64,000 nt of DNA from Azolla caroliniana (Eukaryota; Plantae; Polypodiophyta), in the NCBI GenBank assembly GCA_043228905.1, contig JBHGNT010000005.1, positions 24,738,001 to 24,802,000 on the forward strand, in the 5' to 3' direction. Below the pieces are notes generated by a model. The model saw only the letters and a list, made by a program, of their open reading frames with translations. It was not told where the DNA came from and made no database searches. The translations under genes were made by a program, and so were the position numbers. Shown here piece by piece: positions 26,134 to 38,490 of the stretch. The first letter of the stretch is position 1; the number at the start of each line of letters is the position of its first letter.

Positions 26134-27142
26134 TACTACATTGGGTCTTTTGAGCATAGAAAAAGTCAGGGGAGTGTGGCTAGTACTTGTTATTGTCCAT
26201 ATATTAATGCAGGCACACTATATAGGGTGCACCACCTCACATGTGATCTAAGAGGTTGTGATCAACCAGATTGAATTTTGGGCACTGCAGGTAGAGGGCT
26301 ATAAATGTGGATTAGGTTAGGAGAGATTGAGACGAAAACCTTTTAGCATGGGGATGAACTGAAAAATATGGACGGGAAACTCAATGGGTGAAGGGGGGTA
26401 AGGGTGGTAGATGGTCATGTTTGCAACAGGTGGCTAGATGGGGTAGGTTTGGGCTGTGAGACACCAAGGGTGGTGTAGAAGACAGTGGTGTAGAAGACAT
26501 GCAGGTCATTTGGACAACATCATGAAAGGTGAACACAATAGTGTATATATCTGTCACTCCCCATTGTTATTGACAAATAAAAAACCATTGAAGGTGATTT
26601 CCATGATTTACAATGCCATAATGGACAAAACTTGATATAACTTTCTATCAAAGCTATAAACCTCTACATAAATTTATATCTTTAGACATAAAATAATTGA
26701 TCAGTTATCCAATACCGTCTAAATGAAAAGAGCAACATGGCAGCATCAGTATATAATCACAAAATATTTTGAATCCAAGACATTGATCATTACAACAATA
26801 AACATGGCTTTGATATACCAACCAATCTTTGACATCTGATGCCTTAGCAAAATATTTTATTGCAATGGGTGAACATCCTTCAAAATGATTCGAAGGGCTG
26901 TCCATCAAACAAACAAATCATCTTGAAGCAATGAGGCTGTGTATGGGATGGGCTTCTGCCCTTCTCCCCTCACTATCAAAACTGTATCTTATGCAGCTTT
27001 TTGGTAGTTTACTCATTTTCTTTCGTTTGTTATTCTCGTAGATGAGGACATCCTCTCTTGATGGGCCTCAGTATTTTGGACTTTTCCATAAATTATATAC
27101 ATCTTGTTTTCAATATTTCTCAGAAAATAGTAAGCCTAGTTG

Positions 27143-27316
27143 TTGGCTTTTCTTTTCTTTTCAGCTGCAATAGTGACCTCTTCCTTGCAGTTCATATTCA
27201 TCATAACTTCGCCTCAAGTATTTTGGACATTGGCTTTTATTTTCTTTTCAGCTGCAATAGCAACCTCTCCCTTTCAGTTGATATTCATCCTAATTTTGCA
27301 TCATGGATCTTGGGCA
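27143..27316. repeat. 87-bp tandem duplication downstream of the DYW:KP gene
   Basis: ttggctttt.ttttcttttcagctgcaatag...cagtt.atattcatc.taa twice. Confidence 0.8.
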
Positions 27317-27503
27317 CGAGTAATCTTCAAATACTAGCCTCAATCCCATGATGAAATAGAATCTGAGACTTCCTTCACTTGCTTGACAAAGTTATACCTT
27401 AACATGCCAAGTGGTCACTGACACTACTGCAGCATTAGTATTTTGGTGATTCATAATTCCTCTTTGCCCAACAAAGAGATAGACCTACCCATGTTTACAA
27501 TGA

Positions 27504-30500
27504 TCAGAAAGCATCTCCACAAGAACATAATCCATCCTTAAAGTGATGAATACAGCAATCATCTCGAAGAATGATTTCACGCTTTTCGACATGGGATAAG
27601 ATCTTACTTGTGTTATGACAATCACTACACATCCTTAGATTCTTTGTCACATGTAAAGTCACCCCTGGACTAGTACTCAGAAGTCCAAAAGCCAAGGCTA
27701 ATTTCTCAGCATGTTCACATAATGCCGACTCCTTCCCGACATCAGCACGTGAATTTAAAACTAAATCAAGGTTAGGAAGATGACCTTCTTTTTTCAGAGA
27801 TGAACTCATACTATTCAAGCACTTCAAAACCTTATCATATCCATGTTCATCATTGCCAACCACAAACTCATGTATCTTCTTATCGACCTCTATCAATGCT
27901 TTGGCAGGCTTTTTAGCTGCCCCAACATGCTTCCTTAGTTCCTCTATCCACATCACATCATCCCATCTACCAGCAGTAGCATAAATATCAGCCATAAGGA
28001 CATACCAAGCAGCTATGTCTGGATTTATATCAACAAGCTGCTGAAAGCATCTCGATCCTAGTTCCAGTTCTCCATATGTTTTGCAGCCACTAAGCAATGC
28101 ACTCCACGTTCCCTCTGATATAGGACAACACATTGTAATGAACTGCTCTGCCTCATATAACCTACCTGATCTTGCTAGGAGATCGATAATGCTGGTATAA
28201 TGCTCTGTTTCCGGCATGATGCCATACTTATCTCTCATCACCTTGAAATATTCTTTGCCTTCATGCACAAGGCTCGCATGGCTGCATGCAAGAAGAAGAC
28301 ATGAAAATGTGATGGCATCTGGCTTCACCTTGTCCTCTTGCATGTCCTCAAAATACTGCATTGCCTTTTGACCTTTGTGATTAACACCATATGCTTTAAT
28401 CATTGTGCTCCATGCAACAACATCGCGAACCTGCAACCTATCAAATACTTCCTGAGCCTCTGAAACTGAACCACATTTAGCGTACATGCTGATCAGAGCA
28501 TTGCTCAAAGAAGGCTCCAAATTGAATCCACTTCGCCTGAGCTTCACATGGATTTCACGCCCCATGTCTAAAGCTCCTAAATGACCACAAGCTTTGAAAA
28601 TATTGATAAATGTCACAGTATTAGGAGTCTGACCTTGCATCTGCATTTCATCAAACAAATTTAATGCTGCTTGGCTGGGTTCATGTTCAACAAATGCAGA
28701 GACTAGTGTGTTCCATGACACAATATCCTTACGCAAGAGCTTCTTAAACACTTCTTCTGCATCGAAAAGTAAACCACATCGACCATACATTCCAATCAAA
28801 CTATTACCTGCATGCAAATCAGTTTCGAGTCCCCTAAATACAATCGCCGTGTGTATTTCTTGGCCTTTCTCAACTTCCTCAAGAATCCCATATGCTGTCA
28901 GTGCACAAATAAAAGTGATTGAATTGGGTGCAATGCCATCTTGTTCCATCAAATCAAGATACTTAATTGCTTCTTTATACAGTCTATATTCAATATACCC
29001 AGTGGTAAGTGCAGTCCACTCCACAACGCTTCGTACACGAAGCTTATCAAAGGCATTCTGTGCCTCTGCGACTGCACCCAACTTTGCATACATGCTGACA
29101 AGAGTGCTTCCCACTGCAGGATCTTTTTCAAGCCCTCTTTGCACGATATCCGTATGTTCTTTTCTTGCTTTATCAAGATCTCCTAAAATACAACAAGCAT
29201 TCAAGCTGCATGCAAATATCACAGCATCAGGTGATATGCCTTCAAACTGCATGCTTTCAATATAATCCAATGCTTGTGCGGCAAGTCCATGATCGGCAAA
29301 TCCTGCGATTAATGACGTCCATGATGCAGCATTTTTCACAGGCATGTAGTTGAAAACGTGCTGGGATTCCAAAACAAACTCACATTTTGCATACATCCCG
29401 ATCAAATGATTTGAAATTGATAAATCGTTTTCAATGGCAGTTAGCACGACTTCCATGTGGATTTCTCGTCCTTTATCTATCAATCTTAAGATGCCACAAG
29501 CTTTTAAACTACTAGAGTATGTGACAGAATCAGGAGATACACCCTGCATTTTCATCTCTGCAAAGCAATTCAAAGCTTCTTCACCATCTGCAGAGTCTAC
29601 ATAACCTGCAATCAGAGTATTCCATGACACAACATCCCTATCAGGTAATCTCTGAAAAGATTCACGTGCATCTTCAATTGATCCACATTTTGCATACATG
29701 CAAACTAAAGAGGTTCCAGCAAAATTATCTCTATCAAGCCCCTTCATAACCAATTCTGTGTGTAATTCATAACCTTTTTCTATAATACCAAGAGCACCAC
29801 AAACCTTAAAGGTGCCTGAAAATATGGAACCACTAGGATTGACACCTGCTAGTTTCATTTGGTCAAATAATTTTAGAGCCTCATTCTGAGGTCCATGTTC
29901 AACATATCCTGCAATAAGTCTACTCCACGAAAGCTCGTCTTGATATGTCAGCTCCTCGAAGACTTCCAACGCCTCTATAAGCATCCCGCACTGGGAATAC
30001 ATATCTATTAAAGCTGGCGCAATGGAAGCATGCTTATCAAAACCGTGATGCAAAACCTCAAGATGGATATTCCAGCCTTTCTCAATATCTTTAAGTTTTG
30101 TACAAGCTTTTAATAGAGCTAAAAATGTATGGACACTAGGATTGATGTTATCCTCTTGCATCTTCCTATGTAAGAGAAAGGCATGGTTTATAGCCCCGTG
30201 TTCACCATGTCCTAGTATGAGAGATGTCCATGAATGTTCTTTGCGGTGAGCCAACCTGTAGAACACAAGTTGTGCATCAAGTATGCTTCCACATTCCACA
30301 AACATTGGGACAATATAGTTCTCCACGGCTTTATGAGTCGAGAGACCATTGCTGCAGACATGCAGATAGATAGACCTTGCGTATGCTAAGTTTTTGGTCT
30401 TCCTGCATCTTTGCATGATTATGATTGTATTCTCTATTGAAGTTGAACCAGTTTCCCATACCTTAAGTACATGAAAAACTTCTTCAGAAGTTAGTGGGAG

Positions 30501-31358
30501 CTCAGCATTACAACTTTCCCGAATTTCAAATGAATGGGTTTCTGAGCCTGATGATTCAACATTTTCAGCTCTATCAAATATTTTGACCACATTGTATCCA
30601 TGGTTGCTTACATTTTCAACATGCTCTTCAGCTCCATCAAATTTTCGCACCACGTTCCATCCATGGCCCTCGACACCTTCAAAGCCATTAAACTTATGTA
30701 TTATATTCCATTCATGGTTTCTCAACTTTTCAACATCTTCAACTCCATTAAACCTTTGTACCACATTGCACAAATGGCTTCTTCCCTTCTCAACATCTTC
30801 TTCAACTATACCATATTGTTGTATCGCATTGAATTCATGGCTTTTCACCTTCTTGGAAAATCCTTCTGTGTCAACATCCTCGATTGTATCAAGCTTTTGG
30901 ACAACACTTCCCACCTTCTGAATATCTTCTTCGACTATATCAAAATTCCGTCTTACATTGCATCCATGGATACTCCCTTTCTCGAAAAACTCGGCTTTCT
31001 CAACGTCTTCTTTAGCTATATTAAAACGGTCCGACTCTATGGTGTATCCATAAACTCGCACCTTGTCAAAAAACTCTGATTTCTGTCCATTTCCAAGCAT
31101 ACTACTAAAAACTAACGTAGCATCCTTTTCACATGGAGAAACTGACCAAAAACGAGATTCGTAAGCATACCTGAATCCATGGAAGCAGAGGCAGCGACTT
31201 CGGTTTCTGGATGTAAAACTTAGCGAAGGAATGGTGGGTCTGGCAGAGGAGGGTCGAGGGGTAGGAATTAGTCTGCAGATGGCGTTGTGCAGGCACGGAG
31301 AGTTACAAGGAGTAGGAGAAAGAAGAGGAGGAGGAGAAGCAGAGGAAGAAATCTGCAT
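27504..31358 (-). CDS. PLS-class PPR protein with DYW:KP deaminase-like domain (1284 aa); candidate organellar U-to-C RNA editing factor
   Basis: Ser/Pro/Arg-rich transit-peptide-like N-terminus, long PLS array and E motifs. KKPAKALIEV replaces the PG box, followed by HAEKLALAFGL, KNLRMCSDCH and HHFKDGLCSCGDAF. Confidence 0.95.
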   Translation of the reverse strand: MQISSSASPPPLLSPTPCNSPCLHNAICRLIPTPRPSSARPTIPSLSFTSRNRSRCLCFHGFRYAYESRFWSVSPCEKDATLVFSSMLGNGQKSEFFDKVRVYGYTIESDRFNIAKEDVEKAEFFEKGSIHGCNVRRNFDIVEEDIQKVGSVVQKLDTIEDVDTEGFSKKVKSHEFNAIQQYGIVEEDVEKGRSHLCNVVQRFNGVEDVEKLRNHEWNIIHKFNGFEGVEGHGWNVVRKFDGAEEHVENVSNHGYNVVKIFDRAENVESSGSETHSFEIRESCNAELPLTSEEVFHVLKVWETGSTSIENTIIIMQRCRKTKNLAYARSIYLHVCSNGLSTHKAVENYIVPMFVECGSILDAQLVFYRLAHRKEHSWTSLILGHGEHGAINHAFLLHRKMQEDNINPSVHTFLALLKACTKLKDIEKGWNIHLEVLHHGFDKHASIAPALIDMYSQCGMLIEALEVFEELTYQDELSWSRLIAGYVEHGPQNEALKLFDQMKLAGVNPSGSIFSGTFKVCGALGIIEKGYELHTELVMKGLDRDNFAGTSLVCMYAKCGSIEDARESFQRLPDRDVVSWNTLIAGYVDSADGEEALNCFAEMKMQGVSPDSVTYSSSLKACGILRLIDKGREIHMEVVLTAIENDLSISNHLIGMYAKCEFVLESQHVFNYMPVKNAASWTSLIAGFADHGLAAQALDYIESMQFEGISPDAVIFACSLNACCILGDLDKARKEHTDIVQRGLEKDPAVGSTLVSMYAKLGAVAEAQNAFDKLRVRSVVEWTALTTGYIEYRLYKEAIKYLDLMEQDGIAPNSITFICALTAYGILEEVEKGQEIHTAIVFRGLETDLHAGNSLIGMYGRCGLLFDAEEVFKKLLRKDIVSWNTLVSAFVEHEPSQAALNLFDEMQMQGQTPNTVTFINIFKACGHLGALDMGREIHVKLRRSGFNLEPSLSNALISMYAKCGSVSEAQEVFDRLQVRDVVAWSTMIKAYGVNHKGQKAMQYFEDMQEDKVKPDAITFSCLLLACSHASLVHEGKEYFKVMRDKYGIMPETEHYTSIIDLLARSGRLYEAEQFITMCCPISEGTWSALLSGCKTYGELELGSRCFQQLVDINPDIAAWYVLMADIYATAGRWDDVMWIEELRKHVGAAKKPAKALIEVDKKIHEFVVGNDEHGYDKVLKCLNSMSSSLKKEGHLPNLDLVLNSRADVGKESALCEHAEKLALAFGLLSTSPGVTLHVTKNLRMCSDCHNTSKILSHVEKREIILRDDCCIHHFKDGLCSCGDAF

Positions 31359-31454
31359 CTCGTGGAGATATGGATTGCATCCTGCACAGAATTTGTAAAG
31401 CCTTAGTTTGTCCGAATTTCTGATGGATGGATATCTTCTGTTTTTCTTTTTCTT

Positions 31455-31455
<1 letters not shown>

Positions 31456-31494
<39 letters not shown>
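31456..31494. repeat. (GA)n microsatellite ~100 bp upstream of the DYW:KP ATG
   Basis: Directly visible. Confidence 0.95.
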
Positions 31495-31496
<2 letters not shown>

Positions 31497-31549
31497 CTAC
31501 TATCGTCTTCTTCTGGGGTCAAATAATATGACCTAATGAGACCAAAAAT

Positions 31550-31764
31550 ATTACATTTCACTACTGAATACATTTGAGAGTGAGTAGTGACTCTCAATGT
31601 TCAAGAACTTTACCAATGAATGTTGTAATCGAGAGTGCACGTTGTGGTTGTGAGAAAATTTCGTGCAAGGATTGGGCTCGGTCGAAGAGATGTGAAAAGC
31701 AAGGTCGAATATGATCAAAAGGCAGAGCATTGTATCAATGTGTGATACTCTGAATCGTGAATTT
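31550..31764 (-). mobile_element. Short 3' fragment of the RTEX-like LINE family
   Basis: Highly similar to 35698-35825; encodes DSEYHTLIQCSAF. Confidence 0.85.
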
Positions 31765-31766
31765 GA

Positions 31767-31798
<32 letters not shown>

Positions 31799-32937
31799 AG
31801 AAAAAAAACCAAGAGTGGAGAGGGGAAGAAGAAGAAGCGAATTTGTTTTTGTTGTTGCGCTCTCTATCGGCAATGGAATTGGGCATAAAGATAAAGTGTT
31901 AGCAAGCCCTCGATTAGAGCTTCGTAACAAGATATAGCAAGTTAAATTTGGTGGTTTGTACAAGCAGCAACAATAGAAATAAGGAATCTTGTGTTGTCAA
32001 CATCCACATACTCAACACACATTGTGGGTCTTTCATTGTCTTCATCATCTTCGACCTCTTTAATCGGGTGAGTTCTGATTGTCTCTCTTGTTCATGGAAA
32101 ATTGTTTTTATCTTGGATCGAAATCACATAAAGAATAATGGATATAAACATAAATTGCTCACAAATTATGGGGGACATCGATATGGAAACAATTAATCCA
32201 AAAAAGAGTAATGTGATGGTTGAATGTAATCATGAAAGGGAAGACATTGGAAGCTCTAAGAGGTTTAAGGGTATTGAGGAAATTAATGAGAAAAAATTTA
32301 CATATGCCGAAGTAATACATGTAGATGAGGTTGACAAGGATCATTGTAATTGGGATAATTTATGGGGAATTGCCAATACGTTGTTGTCTGATATTGTGGA
32401 AGAAAACGAAATGAAGTGAAAGAATGCATTGATGAGGATGTGCATGATATGGAAGTTGATGCTAAGGCAGTGTTGCAATCTTTTGATATATTCTATGATC
32501 GTGCGGTTATATTATTTTTTACTAGGAAAATCCCATACATCAATTGGATTAAACAACGCTTGAGGTTAAGGGCAAGTCGAAGGGGAAAGCAATGAATATG
32601 CAACTACATAGTTTGTCTACTACTCCCGAGACTACTTGGCAAGGTAATTCACAAACTAGGGAGGGTTCTCGAAAAGTTCCTTGGCAACGACAATTTAGGG
32701 ATAAGGGATTACCCCTTCACCTTCAGTTTGATTCATTGGGACGGGTTGTAAATTCATCGAATTCTCGAGGTTTTCGTCAAGCGGGAGAACCTAAACACAA
32801 TATTTCGATATACAACCCTAAGGATGTGTGTTGATGAATCTCAATCTACGTTTGAACATTCAATCATGGATGATCTTGAGCAACTTGCTTGGGATTCATT
32901 GGCTATGGAGGTTCTGAAGTTGGATGTTTGGACATGG

Positions 32938-33313
32938 TGTTAGGATTTCGGTCCCTCCGGATGGGATATGATGAGTACCCGGAGGACCTGGTGAGAACCG
33001 GATGATGGATACCCAACAACGGAAGACCCGGTGAGACCCAGATGATGGATACCCGGTAAGGAAGACCCGGTGAGAACCGGATGATGAGTACCCGATAAGG
33101 AAGACCCGGTGAGAACCGGATGATGCAGGCCCGGTGAGAACCTCTCACCGGATGAAGGGAGATACATGTAAATATGTTCCAGAGAGCCCACTGGGGCTAT
33201 ATTTGTAAATAGCCCGAAAGGCATATTGGTATAAATATGACCTAGGGCAAACTCTTGGTGGTGTGGTCATTATTTTGTATAGAGTTATTGGTGTAACTGT
33301 TGTACAACGTGTA

Positions 33314-33371
<58 letters not shown>

Positions 33372-35697
33372 TTTGTTGTAACCGCCGCCAGGCGAAGATT
33401 GTGAGCACGAGGTCGTTGCCTCTGTGTTCCCCTCTTGTATTCCTCTTAGACATAGTGATAGTTTGGAGCTTGTGGGCTCCCGTGGTTTTTCTCGTTTAGG
33501 GTTTTCCACGTAAACATACTGTGTACTCTCTTTTAGTGTTTTCTTGTGTATACATGCATCTATCTCCACATTCCCATTTCTGTGTTTGTAATTCTCAATG
33601 AAGTAATTGAAGACTCGGTTATGGCCGAGCATAATTCCGCATAATCTCACAATCTGGTATCAGAGCAAAACAACACAGAAAATGGAAGATTCGTTGGGAG
33701 GCATGTTCAAGCTCACCAGCTCCAACTACTCAGTGTGGAAGTTGAAGATGAGGGACATGCTCGTGGTTAAAGATCTCTGGTTGCCTGTTCAGTTCGGGGA
33801 CAAGAGACTGGACAAGATCGATGCCAGGATATGGGAGGTGATCCACATGAAGACAACGGCGTACATACGGTGCTTCATCGACATGAGCCTGTACAACAAC
33901 TTTAATGAGGAGAGTACGACTCATGAGCTCTAGGAGAAGATCAACATTATGTTCTAGAACAAAAATGTTGTTAATTGGGTTTCAGTTCGGAAGCTAGTGC
34001 AACTCCAGTACCAAGATGGCTCCAACATGGCGGAGCACATGAATGCCTTCCAGGGGTTGATTCACGAGGCAATATCGTTGGAAGTACCTCTCGCCGATGA
34101 GGTACTAGCACTGCTCCTGCTTGGTTCCCTCCCGTATAGCTAGGAGACGTTGGTTGTCACTATGGGCAACGCCGGGCTGGAAGGAAAACAGTTATCCCTA
34201 GCAAGAGTCAAGTCGAGCTTGCTAGATGAGAGGCGCGTCGGAAAGACAAGGATACGAGCTCCGACTCCAGAGGACTCCTTACTGAATCGGAACAAGGAAG
34301 ACAAAGGAACTTGAGTCCCCAGAACCGGGAAAAGTCGGGGACACGGTCAAAGTCAAGGGGAAGGCCCACTTGCTTCTACTGTGGGAAGCCGGGGCATTTC
34401 TAGAAGAACTGTCGGCATTTCCGGAAAGACAAGGAAACCGACAGTACCGATTCAAAGCGGTCACCGGACCGGAACGGTAGAGACCGGAGGGGACCGGACC
34501 GGAAGGGAACGACGACAATCGCGACAAGTGAAGAAGAGTTGATGCTCATCACCGAGGAGAGTGAGTTGAACCTTGCCGGCGACGAGACAACGTGGGTTGT
34601 CGATTTCGGAGCGTCATTCCACCTGACCCCGGACCGGAAATGCTTCTCATCCTACACAACCGGTGATCACGGCTATGTCCGGATGGGGAATGAAGGTACG
34701 TGCCAAATTGTCGGCATAGGAGATGTGTGGTTGACAACACCAACCGGATGCAAGCTGCTGCTGAAGGATGTCCGACACGTTTCGGAGGTTCGACTGAACC
34801 TGATATCAGCCGATTAGCTAGATGATGAAGGCTACACTACATGGGTAGCATCCGGAAAGGTGTCATGAAGTTTAGCAAGGGGAGCCTGATAGTGGCTCGG
34901 GCCCGGATGGTCAACACATTATACCTAATGAATGCCCGGATATGTCCGGAAGAAGTGAACATTGCATCTGACACTACCGGTGAGCTGTGTCACAAGAGAC
35001 TGTGTCACATGAGCGAGAAGGGGATGAAGAGGCTTGCGGATGACAACCTCATTCCGGTGAAGGATGTGCATCTTGAGAGATGCACTGATTTCCTGGCTGG
35101 TAAGCAAAACCGAACCTCCTTCCTCTCAAGACCATCGATGAGACGTAATGCACCACTGGAGCTGGTGCATACCGATGTGTGTCAAGTGGACACGAAGTCA
35201 CATGCCGGATCGCAGTACTTCGTCAAGTTCATAGACGACCACAGCCGGAAGTTGTGGGCCACACCATTGAAGACGAAGGATTAGGTTTTATCCGTCTTCA
35301 AGGAGCTCCACGTCAGAGTGAAAAGAGAAACCGGCCGGAAGCTGAAGGCGGTTCGAGTAGATAACGGAGGAGAATACCGGGGGCAATTTGAGGAGTATTG
35401 CCGCTTGAAGGGAATCTGGCTTGAATTTACTGTGCCGAAGACGTCGGAACTAAACGGGCTGGCCGAGAGGATGAACCAGACCATAATGGAGAGGGTCTGG
35501 ATTATGCTAGCACATGCAAAGCTACCCAAGATGTTTTGGGCTAAGGCGCTGTCAACAACGACGTATGTGATAAGCAGATTACCCTCAGTACCCTTGGACG
35601 GAGACTCACTGCAGAAAGTATGGACTGGTAAGGATGTGTCTTACCGACATCTGAAGGTGTTCGGGTGTCTCGCTTATGTGCATATTGCAAAGGACCG
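32938..35697 (+). mobile_element. 3'-truncated Ty1/copia element: LTR 32938-33651, PBS 33655-33666, degenerate gag-PR-IN
   Basis: TG...CA LTR containing a ~39-bp tandem repeat and a (GA)n tract, perfect TGGTATCAGAGC PBS, gag MEDSLGGMFKLTSSNYSVWK, WVVDFGAS, RVDNGGEY, NGLAERMN. Ends abruptly after the integrase core. Confidence 0.92.
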
Positions 35698-38490
35698 GAG
35701 TGCACATTGTGGTTGTGAGAGGAATTCATGCAAAGATTGGGCTTGATCGAAGAGATGTGGAAAGCATGGTTGAATATAATCAAAGGCAGAGCATTGTATC
35801 AAAGTGTGATACTCAGACTCGCGAACTTGTTTAGGGCAAAGTGTGCATAGCCGACCACTCTCATCACTTGTACCCCAACGCCATGTTTCACATCGCAATG
35901 CAAGTGAGCTAAGTCGCATGGAAGCAATGGTTCGAATGGAAGATAACGATATGGGCTCTACCATGTATGGATGTGTACGATTTCCCCGTTCCGCAAAGAA
36001 TATGGTTTTGTAGTTAGGTGCAACATGTGTAGTATAATGTGTGAAGTGTGAGCCTCCACATTTGTCCCATGTCATGATACATTGGCATTGCAAAAATGAC
36101 TCATTTACTGAGGAATCTATTGATGCATCATGAAGCAAGTGTCTCGCATCCCATCTACCAAACCATTTTTCTATATCTTGCATCCAACCGGAACACAAAA
36201 TTTTGCTTTTATGCGTCTTTTGGATCTTTTTGCTTGCTTGCCACGCAATTTTAGGAAGTTGATGTGAGGGACTTTTTTGAACCTTAAGCACATATTCAAC
36301 AGCCCTTTCCATGGCCATGATCTCAATGGGAAGCGATCCCGTCTCAAGGAGGAGGAGGGTGTAGGGCGTTTGTTTCTTCACTTGTAGAAACTTGGTAAGA
36401 AAATGCTTTTGGACATTTTCAAACTCTTTCCACATAGATTTAGGGATGCTACCGCCCCATACTTCCACCCCATAGAGAAGAACCGGTGTCACCAAAGTGT
36501 CAAAAAGATATTTCTTGAGGACCCAACACTTAATATCTCCAAGATTGCATGTGTTCTCAAATGCATAGTATGCTCGCTTGCCCGCCTCTAAGCGGCGTGT
36601 AGCACATTCATTCCATCTATGATTTGAAGGAACTTCAAGGCCAAGATATTTGAAGCTTTCCACACATTCAAGTGGCTCATTGTTGTACATAATGCATGGT
36701 TTATCTCTTTTTTGGCTCTTCACAAGCATAATCTTTGTTTTAGAGCTATTGACACTTAATTTAGTATGCATGCAAAATTTTTCCAATGCCTTCATAAGCT
36801 TTTGTGCATCTCCTAAAGTATTTGCAAAAAGCACTACATCATCTGCATATAGCAAAAGCATAATCACAACATTCCCAATGGCAACTTCTTCAACACATTC
36901 TTCCTTTGCAAAGTTGGTAACCATTTCTTCCAATTCATCAATGCATAGACCAAATAGTGTTGGTGAGAGTGGGCATCCTTGCTTAACACCAATAGTGCTT
37001 TTGAAAAAATCTGAAAGTTTATCTCTCATGAGCACACAACATATAACCTTCTCATAAATTCGGGAAATTGCAAGCATATATTCACTTGGCACCTCAAGTT
37101 CTTCCATTCGCCTCCAAAGATGCTCACGAGGTACCATATCAAAAGTTTTCTTGAAGTCTACAAAGCAACAATATAAACCTTTACCTCTAAGGCGACTTTC
37201 CTCCATTAATACTCAAAGGGTGATAAGGTGATCAATGGTGCTATGGTGTTTCCGAAAGCTAGCTTGTCCATAAGCTCTCTTACCACTTTTTTCAGCCCAT
37301 ACACTTATCTTTGATTCCATTATACATCCAAATAGTTTTGCCATTAATGAGCCAACCATGATGGTTCGATAGTTGTTTATATTATTTATATCTCCACCTT
37401 TATGTAAAGGTTTGATCCAATTTGTAGTCCAATCGTACGGCATACCATGTTGCAATGCATCATTAAACATATCGCTTATCCATATATGTGCTTCCTTTCC
37501 CGTCCATTTGAGCATTTCAACCTTTATACATTGAAGATTGCTTGCCTTTCGAGAGGCCAATTTCTTAAGTCCTATGCATATATCTTCAATTGTAAAGAAG
37601 GGAGGCATATGTGAAAGAGAACCATAACACATCATCTTTCCGACAAGAGATAACTCATATAAATTCTTACAATGCATAGACAAGTTGTGAAGAGTTAAGT
37701 CACCATAATTCTCAACACGTTTTCCCATTAGATTTCCCCAAAATTTAGCACATGCATGTGCTTTCTCTTGCGTTTGGATAAATTGTTGAGTAACTTCCCA
37801 TATTCTTCTCTTTCTTTGAATAAGCCTTTTATACTCATGCAAATGCTTTTGGTAATTCTCTTTATCCTTAACTACATCCTAAACCATAAGGCACTTTCGA
37901 GCTTCACGACATTCTTTATCAAACCATTTTTTCCTAAGTTTCTTGATGCATTTCCAAGATGTGCGGTTGGTCGAAAAACATTTGTTTGTACATGAGAGAA
38001 TGGCTTTCTTGAAAGCTTCCCATTTGCATCCTAGTGTGGCACCATGTTGTATCTTTGTCATTTGTAACATATCCTCAACCATCTTGGAATACATGGGTGC
38101 TCGCTTAAGGTTCATGGTCAAGTGTGTTTGTTTATTATCTTCAATAGCCTTCTCACAATCAAACCTATGCATACATTTGAGATCAATACATAAAGGCCTA
38201 TGATTGGATTCCGGTGTCCTTTCACCAAGTGAGATTTTATGTATACAATCCAAAATACCTTCGGAAAGTAGCACATAGTCAATCACACTATTTCCGTTGT
38301 GTTTTCTACATGTAAAACCATTAGTGTTGGGCCATAAGGAAATACCATTTGCAATAAGCAATCCGGTACTATTGCACATTTGTAGGAGTAACTTCCCAAA
38401 TTGGTCTGTATCTTTTTTCATCGCTAGAAGAGCGGTTATACATTTGCATATCCTCTTGCATCCTTGAGATATGTGGCATGAAAGATTCAA
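35698..38490 (-). mobile_element. Non-LTR retrotransposon (APE-RT-CCHC; RTEX-like), truncated at both ends
   Basis: End of the endonuclease (SVIDYVLLS..SNHRPL), KWFDKEC, RT CFVDFKKTFD, GVKQGCPLSPTLF, LLYADD, C-terminal CTLC..H..C. Two in-frame stops and one frameshift. The clade assignment is tentative. Confidence 0.88.

Noticed and set aside
28708-31079. Antisense ORFs (up to 185 aa) overlapping the DYW:KP gene
   Set aside because: Shadow ORFs of a long coding strand with no recognisable motifs.
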